From NCBI GenBank assembly GCA_025356085.1, contig JANXUV010000015.1, positions 449 through 64,448 of the forward strand: a stretch of 64,000 nt of DNA, written 5' to 3'. The notes beneath the pieces are model-generated. The model ran no database searches. It had not been told where the DNA came from and saw only the letters and a list, made by a program, of their open reading frames with translations. Source of the DNA: Betaproteobacteria bacterium. GTDB lineage: Bacteria > Pseudomonadota > Gammaproteobacteria > Burkholderiales > SG8-39. The position numbers and the translations under genes were made by a program. Of the stretch, positions 1 to 8,033 are shown in pieces. Within the stretch, counting starts at the first letter, position 1. Each line of letters opens with the position of its first letter.

Positions 1-1
1 G

Positions 2-229
2 TTGTACGAGGAGCCGCAGGTCAAGGCGCGCGGCGTGAAAGTCGAGTTGGATCACGCCGTGGCGGGCAAGCTCCCCACGGTGGCGAGCCCGATGCGATTC
101 TCGGGGACGCCACTGGAATACCGCCAGGCGCCGCCGCTGCTGGGCGAGCACACCGATGAAGTACTGCGCGGAATCCTGGGCAAGAGCGATGCGCAGATCG
201 CGCAGCTGCGTGCCGAGGGTGTTTTGTAG
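2..229 (+). CDS. CoA-transferase family III (CaiB/BaiF-like), C-terminal fragment; 5' end is off-window
   Basis: ORF 2..229. The tail ...PMRFSGTPLEYRQAPPLLGEHTDEVLRGILG... resembles C-termini of type III CoA-transferases. No true start lies in the window. Confidence 0.75.
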   Translation: MYEEPQVKARGVKVELDHAVAGKLPTVASPMRFSGTPLEYRQAPPLLGEHTDEVLRGILGKSDAQIAQLRAEGVL

Positions 230-231
230 AT

Positions 232-1197
232 CTAGTTGTCGATCTTCGCGCCGGCGTCTTTCACGACCTTCGCCCACTTCGCGATTTCGGAGTTGATCAT
301 AACGGCGAACTTCTCCGGCGTTTCGCCGCCCGCGGTTGCACCCTGCGCTTCCCAGATGACTTTCATCTCCGGCGACTGCAGCGCCTTCAGAGTTTTCTGG
401 TACATGCGATCGAGCGCTTCCTTAGACGTTCCCTTGACGGCCCAGAGCGCGTACCAGGTGGTGACTTCGTAACCCGGCAGCCCGGCTTCCTGCATCGTCG
501 GTACGTTGGGCACGGCAAAAGAGCGGGTCGAGGTGGTTACCGCCAGCGCTTTAAGCCTGCCGCTTTTGATCTGCGGCGCCGAAGTGCTCATACCGTCGAA
601 AGCCATGTCGACCTGGCCCGCCAGCAGGTCCTGCATCATCGGTCCTGCGCCCTTGTAGGGAACGTGCGTCAGGTCGAGGCCGGTCATGGTTTTGAACAGT
701 TCTCCGGCCAGGTGATGGATTGTACCGCTGCCCGCAGAGCCGAAATTCAGCTTGCCCGGATTCGCTTTCGCGTACGCCATGAGGTCCGCGAGCGTATTGA
801 TGCTGGTGTACTTCGGATGGATCACGACCACGTTCGGCACATACGCGAGCACGGTGATAGGGACGAAATCCCTGGTCAGCGAATAGGTCATCTTGGTGTA
901 CAGGCTCTCGGCGATGGTGTGATGCACCGCGCCAAGGAAAAACGTGTAGCCGTCTCCGGGCCGCCTGGCCGCACTCGCCGCGCCGACGGTGCCGCCGGCG
1001 CCGCCGATGTTCTCGACGATGAACTGCTGGCCGATCGATTTGCTGAGGTAAGCCGACAGCGGGCGCCCGAACGCATCGACGCCGCCGCCGGGGGCGAAGG
1101 GGTTGACCATGGTGACCGGCTTTGCCGGCCAGGAAGGCTGCGCGTGGGAAAACGTACCCGCCGCCGCAAGCGCGGCGAATAAAAACGTTTTCAGCAT
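232..1197 (-). CDS. Tripartite tricarboxylate transporter (TTT) substrate-binding receptor, Bug/TctC family
   Basis: ORF 232..1311 trimmed to ATG 1197, which starts the signal peptide MLKTFLFAALAAAGTFSHA. GGAGGAGG lies just upstream on the minus strand. Family-typical PGGGVD and VPYKGAGP segments are present. Confidence 0.9.
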   Translation of the reverse strand: MLKTFLFAALAAAGTFSHAQPSWPAKPVTMVNPFAPGGGVDAFGRPLSAYLSKSIGQQFIVENIGGAGGTVGAASAARRPGDGYTFFLGAVHHTIAESLYTKMTYSLTRDFVPITVLAYVPNVVVIHPKYTSINTLADLMAYAKANPGKLNFGSAGSGTIHHLAGELFKTMTGLDLTHVPYKGAGPMMQDLLAGQVDMAFDGMSTSAPQIKSGRLKALAVTTSTRSFAVPNVPTMQEAGLPGYEVTTWYALWAVKGTSKEALDRMYQKTLKALQSPEMKVIWEAQGATAGGETPEKFAVMINSEIAKWAKVVKDAGAKIDN

Positions 1198-1353
1198 GCC
1201 TCCTCCAGAGGTACTTTTTTTGTGCGGAGGATCATAGCATCGGGTCCGCTCCGGGCAGGCTGCGGCCACATTGCAAAGCAGCATTCGTCCAGCGGGTTTG
1301 TTGCGCGGCAAAGTCTAGAATACGGACCCATTCTCTAGGAGGAGGATCCCGCC

Positions 1354-2379
1354 ATGACCATCAGCAGACGCGCCGTATTGAAGGGCCTTGCCGCCGCGCC
1401 CGCGGCGTTCGCTGTCTCGCGATACGCCGGAGCCGCCGACGCCCGGGTAATCAAGATCTCCCACCAGTTCCCCGGAGGCACGATTGACAGCGGCGATTTT
1501 CGTGACCGGCTCACGCGCAAATTTGCGGCCGAGGTCGAAAAGCGCACCAACGGCTCTTTGAAATTCGAGGTCTATCCGGGTTCGTCGCTGATGAAGACCG
1601 TGGCGCAATTTTCGGCGCTGCGCAAGGGGGCACTCGACATGAGTCTCTATCCGCTCGCCTACGCTGGCGGCGAAGTGGCGGAACTCAATATCGGTCTTAT
1701 GCCCTGCATGGTGACCTCCTACGAGCAGGGCTTCGCCTGGAAAAAGGCGGAAATCGGCCGAGAGTTGACGAAGCTGCTGGAAGCCAAGGGCGTCAAGTTG
1801 ATTACGTGGATTTGGCAGGCCGGGGGCACTGCGTCACGCGCCGCGCCGGTCGTTGAGCCGAATGATGTCAAAGGACTCAAGATCCGCGGCGGCAGTCGTG
1901 AGATGGATCTGATGCTCAAGGAAGCCGGCGGCATTATTTCGAGCGTTCCCTCCAACGAGATCTATCCTGCCATGCAGACGGGATCACTTGATGCGGCCGT
2001 AACGTCTTCGACCAGTTTGATTTCGTTCCGGCTGGAGGAGATTTCCAAGTCCCTTACCTCGGGGCGCGGCAAGAGCTTCTGGTACATGCTGGAGCCGCTG
2101 ATCATGTCCAAGAGCACCTACGACTCCCTCGATCCGGCGCAGCAGAAGGCCGTCACCGAAGTCGGACAGGAGCTGGAGACCTTCGCGACTTCGTCAGCTC
2201 GTGTCGACGACGAAGCGGTCGTCGCGGTCTACAAGAGGGCCGGCGCCAAAGTCACCGACATGGATCAGAATACGGTCAACCGCTGGCGCAAGATCGCGGA
2301 GACCGCCGCCTGGACCGATTTCAGCAAACGCAACGCTGAATGTGAGCGCTATCTGAAAATGGCCAAGGCTGTGGCGTGA
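1354..2379 (+). CDS. TRAP transporter solute receptor, DctP family
   Basis: 341-aa ORF with signal sequence SRRAVLKGLAAAPAAFA and an AGGAGGAGGA SD upstream. It is followed by small and large TRAP permease genes. Confidence 0.9.
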   Translation: MTISRRAVLKGLAAAPAAFAVSRYAGAADARVIKISHQFPGGTIDSGDFRDRLTRKFAAEVEKRTNGSLKFEVYPGSSLMKTVAQFSALRKGALDMSLYPLAYAGGEVAELNIGLMPCMVTSYEQGFAWKKAEIGRELTKLLEAKGVKLITWIWQAGGTASRAAPVVEPNDVKGLKIRGGSREMDLMLKEAGGIISSVPSNEIYPAMQTGSLDAAVTSSTSLISFRLEEISKSLTSGRGKSFWYMLEPLIMSKSTYDSLDPAQQKAVTEVGQELETFATSSARVDDEAVVAVYKRAGAKVTDMDQNTVNRWRKIAETAAWTDFSKRNAECERYLKMAKAVA

Positions 2380-2912
2380 ACGAGCCGGCGCGGGCGGCGG
2401 GCCCGGGCCGCCGCGGCGTGCTGGGTGCGGCGACGCTGCTGCTGCATTGGGTCAACGGCGCGGCGGCCGTCGCTAGCGCAATCGCCGTCGGCGTCGCCGG
2501 TTGCGTGTTGACCTGGGAAGCGACGGCGCGATACCTGTTCAAGATCCCTAGTGAATGGCAGGACGAGCTGTCGATCTTCCTCCTGGTTGGGGCCACGTTC
2601 CTTTCCGCAGCTTGGGTCCAGGAGTGGCGGGGTCACGTCGGCATTCAGGCGCTGAGCGCGATCCTGCCGCCGCGCGCGGACCGGGTCCGGCGTTTTCTCA
2701 GCGATGTCGTGTCGCTCGTCTTCTGCACGTTTTTCAGTTGGAAGTCGTGGTCCTTGCTCATCGAGGCGGTGCATGACGGTCAAATCAGCAATTCGGCCTG
2801 GGGTGCGCCGCTCTGGATCCCTTACGGCTGCATGGCGCTTGGCATGAGCCTGGTCGCGCTGCAACTCCTCTTGCAGGTGCTCTCCCGCGAATCTCTGCGG
2901 CGCGCCACTTAG
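2376..2912 (+). CDS. TRAP transporter small permease, DctQ family
   Basis: 178-aa hydrophobic protein between the DctP- and DctM-type genes. GTG start overlaps the upstream stop (GTGA). Confidence 0.85.
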   Translation: MNEPARAAGPGRRGVLGAATLLLHWVNGAAAVASAIAVGVAGCVLTWEATARYLFKIPSEWQDELSIFLLVGATFLSAAWVQEWRGHVGIQALSAILPPRADRVRRFLSDVVSLVFCTFFSWKSWSLLIEAVHDGQISNSAWGAPLWIPYGCMALGMSLVALQLLLQVLSRESLRRAT

Positions 2913-2914
2913 AC

Positions 2915-4273
2915 ATGACCACGCTCCAACTCGGCCTGCTCTACGGCGGCGCGACGCTCCTGATCCTTTTTTCAGGAATGCCCATCGCCTTTGCGCTCGG
3001 CACGGTGGCAACGCTATTCATGCTCGCGTTCATGCCGCATGCGTCGCTGGACAGCATCACGCAGAACGTCTTCGAAGAGATGGCAAGCATCACGCTGCTC
3101 ACCATTCCGCTGTTTATCCTGAAAGGCGCTGCGATCGGCAAGTCGCGCGCGGGCCGCGACCTGTATTCGGCACTGCATGTCTGGCTGCACAGGATACCCG
3201 GCGGACTCGGCATCGCCGTGACGCTCGCCTGCGGCCTGTTCGCCGCGATGGCGGGCTCGAGCGCCGCGACCTGCTCGGCGATCGGCAGCTCTGCGATCCC
3301 GGAGATGCGCGAGCGCGGCTACTCGGCGCGGCTCTCGGCGGGGCTCGTCGCAGCGGGCGGGACTCTCGGCATCCTTCTGCCGCCTTCCATCACCCTGATT
3401 CTTTATGCGGTCGCCGCCGAGCAATCGCTCGGTCGCTTGTTCCTTGCCGGCATCTGGCCCGGAATCATGCTGGTGGTGCTATTCGCGACCTACGGGATGT
3501 TTCGCTACAACTACGAGCACCGCAGGGCGCTCGCGCATGCCGACGCGGGCGGCGAGCGCGCGCGCATCCTGCAGGTCGACAGCTACACACTGCGCGAAAG
3601 GTTGCTGGCGATTCCTCGTGTGCTGCCCTTTCTCATACTGCTCATCGGCGTGATGCTGGCCCTGTATGGCGGTTTTGCCACGCCCTCCGAGACTGCGGGG
3701 CTTGGCGCCGTGCTTGCGCTGATCCTCATTGCCGTGATCTACGGCGCATGGGGCATATCGGATCTGAAGCCGATCTTTGCCAGTACCTTGTCGGAATCGA
3801 CCATGCTTATGGTGATTGTCGGCATGTCGCTCCTTTACTCATATGTGATGAGCTACCTGCACATCAGCCAGGGCGCTGCCGAATGGATCGTCTCGCTGCA
3901 TCTCTCCCGCTGGGTTCTCTTTGCCGCGATCGTGCTGCTGGTAGTGGTGCTCGGGTTTTTCTTGCCCCCGGTGAGCATCATCCTGATGACGGCCCCGATC
4001 ATCCTGCCGCCGCTCAGGTCCGAGGGCTTCGACCTGATCTGGTTCGGCGTGGTGATGTCCGTTGTAATGGAAATGGGCCTCATCCATCCACCCGTCGGTC
4101 TCAACATCTTTGTCATCAACAAGATCGCGCCCGACATCCGGCTCGGCGACATCATCTGGGGTACCCTGCCGTTCGTTTTCCTGATCATGCTGGCAGTCGT
4201 ACTTCTTTGCGTGTTCCCCGAGATTGCGACCGGCCTGCCTGATCACGTGATGGGCAAGGCGATCGCCCGCTGA
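2915..4273 (+). CDS. TRAP transporter large permease, DctM family
   Basis: 452-aa polytopic membrane protein 2 nt after the small permease, with typical DctM length and composition. Confidence 0.92.
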   Translation: MTTLQLGLLYGGATLLILFSGMPIAFALGTVATLFMLAFMPHASLDSITQNVFEEMASITLLTIPLFILKGAAIGKSRAGRDLYSALHVWLHRIPGGLGIAVTLACGLFAAMAGSSAATCSAIGSSAIPEMRERGYSARLSAGLVAAGGTLGILLPPSITLILYAVAAEQSLGRLFLAGIWPGIMLVVLFATYGMFRYNYEHRRALAHADAGGERARILQVDSYTLRERLLAIPRVLPFLILLIGVMLALYGGFATPSETAGLGAVLALILIAVIYGAWGISDLKPIFASTLSESTMLMVIVGMSLLYSYVMSYLHISQGAAEWIVSLHLSRWVLFAAIVLLVVVLGFFLPPVSIILMTAPIILPPLRSEGFDLIWFGVVMSVVMEMGLIHPPVGLNIFVINKIAPDIRLGDIIWGTLPFVFLIMLAVVLLCVFPEIATGLPDHVMGKAIAR

Positions 4274-4289
4274 AGCCAGACCGCCGGGG

Positions 4290-5072
4290 TCAGCGGCCTT
4301 TGAAATCGGGTTTTTTCTTGGCCAGGAATGCCGCGACGCCCGTCTTGAAATCCTCGGTGTCGAAACAGGCATAGCCTTCGTCGCGTTCTTCCTGCGCCAG
4401 CGGGCGCGGGTCGAGCAGGCGGCGGATGAATTTCTTGTGCCAGCGCGCGACCAGCGGTGCGCCATCGGCGATCCGGCGCGCGGCCGCGTAGGCTTCCTCG
4501 ATCACGCCGGCATCGGCAACCACCCGGCTGACGAGACCCTTCTCATAGGCTTCACTCGAGCCCCAGATGCGGCCTTCGAGCAGGATTTCCAGCGACGCCG
4601 CGGGGCCGATGACGCGCATCATCGCCTGCAGCTCATCGTACGATTCCGTGAGCCCCAGATTCTTCACCGGCACCCCGAAGCGCGCCGATTCATTGCAGAT
4701 CCGCAAATCGCATTGCGAGGCGATCAGTAGGCCGCCGCCCACGCAGGCGCCCTGGATCAATGCCACTGTCGGGTGGCGACAGTCGGTGACCGAATGCATC
4801 CAGCCGATACCGCCCAGGCTGTAGGCTTTCGCCTGTTGCGCATTGGCTCGCTCGTTCTTGAACTCCGCGATATCCGCGCCCGCGGCAAAAGCCTTGTCGC
4901 CCGCGCCCCGCAGCACGATGCATCGCAGGCTGTCATCGGCGCCGAGATCGCGCATCGCGGCGCCCAGCTGTGCCCACATCGTCTTGTCGAGCGCGTTCAT
5001 GCGCCCCGGGCTGGACAGCGTGACGGTGGCGATGGCGCCGTCACGCTCGACGAGTACGCTGCCGCCGGCCAT
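4290..5072 (-). CDS. Enoyl-CoA hydratase/isomerase (crotonase) family protein
   Basis: The 802-aa ORF 4290..6698 is trimmed to ATG 5072 (MAGGSVLVERDGAIATVTLSSPGRMNAL..., 260 aa by my count). Crotonase segments GAGDKAFAAGADI and ACVGGG are present. TAATG junction with the upstream Bug gene. Confidence 0.9.
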   Translation of the reverse strand: MAGGSVLVERDGAIATVTLSSPGRMNALDKTMWAQLGAAMRDLGADDSLRCIVLRGAGDKAFAAGADIAEFKNERANAQQAKAYSLGGIGWMHSVTDCRHPTVALIQGACVGGGLLIASQCDLRICNESARFGVPVKNLGLTESYDELQAMMRVIGPAASLEILLEGRIWGSSEAYEKGLVSRVVADAGVIEEAYAAARRIADGAPLVARWHKKFIRRLLDPRPLAQEERDEGYACFDTEDFKTGVAAFLAKKKPDFKGR

Positions 5073-6034
5073 TATTCGATCTTGACTCCGGTGTCTTTGA
5101 TGATCTTCGCGTACTTGGCGACTTCCGCCTTCATGAATGCATCGAACTCGGCGACGCTCATTTCGCGCAACTGCGTGCCGACGTTCTCCAGCCGCGCACG
5201 CACTTCGGGCACCTGCATCGCCTTGTTGATGTCGGCGTTGAGCTTGGTGACGATATCGCGCGACGTACCGGCCGGCGCCATCACCCCATACCAATTGGTG
5301 ACGTCGAAGCCGGTGATGCCTTCTTCGGCGAAGGTCGGCACGTCGGGCAGCTGCGCGAGGCGCTTGGGCGTTGAGATCGCCAGGCCGCGCAGCTTGCCGG
5401 CCTGGATGTGCGGCATCACCGGCGGCATGGTGTCGAAATTCATCGACACCACGCCGGCCAACAGGTCCTTGATGGCGTCGCCGCTGCCCTTGTAGGGCAC
5501 GTGCACGATGCTGGTCCCGGTGAGCTGCTTGAACACCTCGCCCGCGATGTGCTGCGTGCTGCCGTTGCCGGACGACGCGTAGTTGTACTTGTCCGGATTC
5601 GCCTTGAGCAGCGCCACGAGTTCCTTCACGGATTTGGCGGGAATCGACGGATGCACCGCCAGCACGTTCGGCACGTAGCCGACGTAGGCAACCGCGGCGA
5701 AATCCTTGATCGGATCGTAGGGCAGCTTGGGGAAAAGGTTCGGCGCGAGACCCGTCGAATTCACATGGCCCATCAGCAGCGTGTAGCCGTCGGCCGGGCT
5801 CTTGGCGACATAGTCGGCGCCGATCGTGCCTGTGGCGCCGGGGCGGTTCTCCACTGTCACCGGCTGGCCCCACCATTCCTGCACCTTGGCGCTGATGACC
5901 CGCGCCACCACGTCGGTGCCGCCACCCGGCGGGAAACCGACGATCATCTTGATCGGCTTGCTGGGAAAGGCCTGCGCAAAAGCGCCGCCGGCGACGAGCG
6001 CGCAGGCGGTGGCGATGAGCAATTTCTTCAACAT
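5072..6034 (-). CDS. TTT substrate-binding receptor, Bug/TctC family (second copy)
   Basis: 320 aa with signal peptide MLKKLLIATACALVAGGAFAQA. PPGGGTD and VPYKGSGD motifs are present. GAGAGGAGA SD lies upstream on the minus strand. Confidence 0.92.
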   Translation of the reverse strand: MLKKLLIATACALVAGGAFAQAFPSKPIKMIVGFPPGGGTDVVARVISAKVQEWWGQPVTVENRPGATGTIGADYVAKSPADGYTLLMGHVNSTGLAPNLFPKLPYDPIKDFAAVAYVGYVPNVLAVHPSIPAKSVKELVALLKANPDKYNYASSGNGSTQHIAGEVFKQLTGTSIVHVPYKGSGDAIKDLLAGVVSMNFDTMPPVMPHIQAGKLRGLAISTPKRLAQLPDVPTFAEEGITGFDVTNWYGVMAPAGTSRDIVTKLNADINKAMQVPEVRARLENVGTQLREMSVAEFDAFMKAEVAKYAKIIKDTGVKIE

Positions 6035-6058
6035 GGCGTCTCCTCTCTCTTTTTATGT

Positions 6059-7255
6059 TCAGGCTGCTACGCGTGCCGGGCTGGCGTGACATTCGGCAAG
6101 GTAAGCCATCGCCGCTTGTACACCTTCTCTTTTCACCGGAACACCGGCAAGCTGCAATCCCATCTCGCAGCCCGCCAGCGTGCCCATCAGCGTCAAATCG
6201 TTGAAATCGCCCAGATGGCCGATGCGGAAAACCTTGCCGGCGAGCTTGCCGAGGCCGGTGCCCAGCGACATGTCGAATTTCTCCAGGATGATCTTCCTCA
6301 CCCGGTCGGCGTCGTGGCCGGCCGGCAGCAGCACCGCGGTAAGCGAGCCCGAGTACTCGGCGGGATTTTTCGCCAGCACTTCCACTCCCCATGCGCGCAC
6401 CGCGCGTCGCGTCGCCTCCGCGTGGCGCTGGTGGCGGGCGAATACGTTGTCCAAGCCTTCTTCCTCGAGCAGCATCTTGAGCGACTCGCGCAGGCCGTAG
6501 AGCAGGTTGGTTGCCGGCGTGTAGGGGAAGTAGCCGTCCTTGTTGCTGGCGATCATTTCGCCCCAGTCCCAGAAGCTGCGCGGCAGCTTCGCGGTTTTCG
6601 ACGCAACCAGCGCTTTCGCCGATACGGCGTTGAAGGAAAGCCCCGGCGGCAGCATCAATCCCTTCTGCGAGCCGCCGACGGTGACGTCCACGCCCCATTC
6701 GTCATGGCGGTAGTCGATCGAGCCGAGCGAGGAGATGGTGTCGACGAGGAACAACGCCGGGTGTTTGGCGGCGTCGATCGCGCGCCGTACTTCGGCGATG
6801 CGCGACACCGCACCGGTGGCGGTCTCGTTGTGCACCACGCAAACCGCCTTGATGGCGTGTGCCTTGTCCTCGCGCAGCCGTGCCTCGATCGCCTGCGGAT
6901 CGGCGCCGGTACGCCAGTCGCCGGCGATGAACTCGGGTTCCAGTCCCAGTTTCTTCGCCATCTTCTGCCACAGCGTCGCGAAATGGCCAGTCTCATACAT
7001 GAGGACCTTGTCGCCAGGCGAGAGCGTATTCACCAGCGCCGCTTCCCAGGCGCCGGTCCCCGAGGCCGGGTAGATCACGACGTGGCTGGCGGTCTTGAAG
7101 ACCCGCTTCATGCCGTCCAGAACCTCTTTGCCGAGCACGCCGAAAGCCGGGCTGCGATGGTCCATGGTCGGGAAGTCGATGGCACGCAGCACCCGGTCGG
7201 GGACGTTCGTCGGTCCGGGAATCTGCAGAAAATGGCGGCCGGCAGCTCGGGTCAT
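6059..7255 (-). CDS. Class V aminotransferase (serine-glyoxylate / alanine-glyoxylate aminotransferase-like)
   Basis: ORF 6059..7324 trimmed to ATG 7255 (MTRAAGRHFLQIPGPTNVPDRVL...) behind CAGGAGG. PLP-lysine context GGSQKGLM is present. Confidence 0.88.
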   Translation of the reverse strand: MTRAAGRHFLQIPGPTNVPDRVLRAIDFPTMDHRSPAFGVLGKEVLDGMKRVFKTASHVVIYPASGTGAWEAALVNTLSPGDKVLMYETGHFATLWQKMAKKLGLEPEFIAGDWRTGADPQAIEARLREDKAHAIKAVCVVHNETATGAVSRIAEVRRAIDAAKHPALFLVDTISSLGSIDYRHDEWGVDVTVGGSQKGLMLPPGLSFNAVSAKALVASKTAKLPRSFWDWGEMIASNKDGYFPYTPATNLLYGLRESLKMLLEEEGLDNVFARHQRHAEATRRAVRAWGVEVLAKNPAEYSGSLTAVLLPAGHDADRVRKIILEKFDMSLGTGLGKLAGKVFRIGHLGDFNDLTLMGTLAGCEMGLQLAGVPVKREGVQAAMAYLAECHASPARVAA

Positions 7256-7332
7256 ACGTTCCTCCTGAAATTGCATGCAAACAAATCTATTGTGCGCAAC
7301 ATACGGGCTGGGTATTGCGTTCACTCCTCAAT

Positions 7333-7353
7333 TTTTGTATTCTGCATACAAAA
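7333..7353. promoter_or_regulatory. Candidate GntR-family operator (inverted repeat TTTTGTAT-N5-ATACAAAA)
   Basis: Perfect 8-bp arms at 7333-7340 and 7346-7353 in the divergent aminotransferase/GntR intergenic region, abutting the regulator start codon. Contains the GT...AC core typical of GntR operators. Confidence 0.4.
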
Positions 7354-8033
7354 TGGACAACTCGCAAGAGCCAGCCCCTATCCTTCGGCGCCCCCTCCAC
7401 GAGGAGGCGACCGATCGTTTGCGCGATCTGATCGTACAGGGACGGCTGGTTGCGGGTGCGCGGCTGAACGAGCGCGTGCTGGCCGCCCAGCTCGGCGTGT
7501 CCCGCACGCCCCTGCGCGAAGCATTCAAGGTACTCGCCACGGAAGGCCTGGTCGAGTTACTGCCCAACCGTGGCGCCATCGTTTCGCAAATGGACCCGGT
7601 ACGCCTGTCGGAAACCCTGGCCGTGATGGGCGCGCTCGATGCGCTCGCCGGAGAACTCGCCTGCGTGCATGCGACCGACGCCCAGATCAATGAAATTCGC
7701 GCTCTGCACTACGAGATGCTCGCTTACCATGCGCGTGGCGATCTCGCGGGTTATTTCAAATTCAACCAGGCGATCCATCTGAAGATCGTGAAGTATTCCG
7801 GCAACGCCGTGCTCTACAACAGCTATCGTCAGATGAACGGCGCCATGCAGCGCGCCCGATACATGGCCAACCTGTCGAAAGACCGCTGGGATTCCGCCGT
7901 GCACGAGCATGAGGAAATCCTCGCCGCGCTGAGCGCCAGGGATGTGAAGCGCATCCGGGCGCTGCTTTCGGACCACTTGGCGCACAAGTTGTCGAGCGTG
8001 CTCGCTGCATTGCCGGCGCGCCAAGCGGCGTGA
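7353..8033 (+). CDS. GntR family transcriptional regulator (FCD-type C-terminal domain)
   Basis: ORF 7275..8033 trimmed to ATG 7353 (MDNSQEPAPILRRPLHEEATDRLRDLI...). The wHTH segment ERVLAAQLGVSRTPLREAFKVLATEGLV is present. Confidence 0.88.
   Translation: MDNSQEPAPILRRPLHEEATDRLRDLIVQGRLVAGARLNERVLAAQLGVSRTPLREAFKVLATEGLVELLPNRGAIVSQMDPVRLSETLAVMGALDALAGELACVHATDAQINEIRALHYEMLAYHARGDLAGYFKFNQAIHLKIVKYSGNAVLYNSYRQMNGAMQRARYMANLSKDRWDSAVHEHEEILAALSARDVKRIRALLSDHLAHKLSSVLAALPARQAA

Noticed and set aside
227-234. Palindrome TAGATCTA formed by the two convergent stop codons (CoA-transferase TAG, Bug receptor TAG).
   Set aside because: This is a coincidence of two abutting stop codons, with no flanking structure. 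Similar CTAG / TAGCTA end-to-end or 4-nt overlaps occur at 24131, 29152, 32406, 38555 and 54073. They reflect general genome compaction.
1199-1236. CCTCC ... GGAGG complementarity in the 5' UTR of the first Bug gene (UCCUCC could pair with the SD GGAGGA).
   Set aside because: It offers only 6 bp with a 19-nt A-rich loop. Predicted stability is low, and such complementarity arises easily next to strong SD sequences.
4290-6698. 802-aa ORF that appears to fuse a large N-terminal region to the enoyl-CoA hydratase.
   Set aside because: Only the last 260 residues look like a protein (crotonase fold). The upstream part overlaps the Bug receptor and aminotransferase genes in another frame and is Arg/Gly-rich noise. 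ATG 5072 forms a TAATG junction with the upstream gene.
5408-7693. Very long ORFs antisense to or out of frame with recognised genes: 5408..7693+, 8126..10276-, 10903..12624-, 32470..35610+, 41918..43981-, 49248..52577-, 55625..57706-, 59699..61090-, 60655..61731-.
   Set aside because: Their translations are Arg/Ala/Gly/Pro-rich low-complexity strings with no recognisable family motifs. Each is fully shadowed by a gene with clear homology. These are the expected stop-codon-poor shadow frames of a GC-rich genome.
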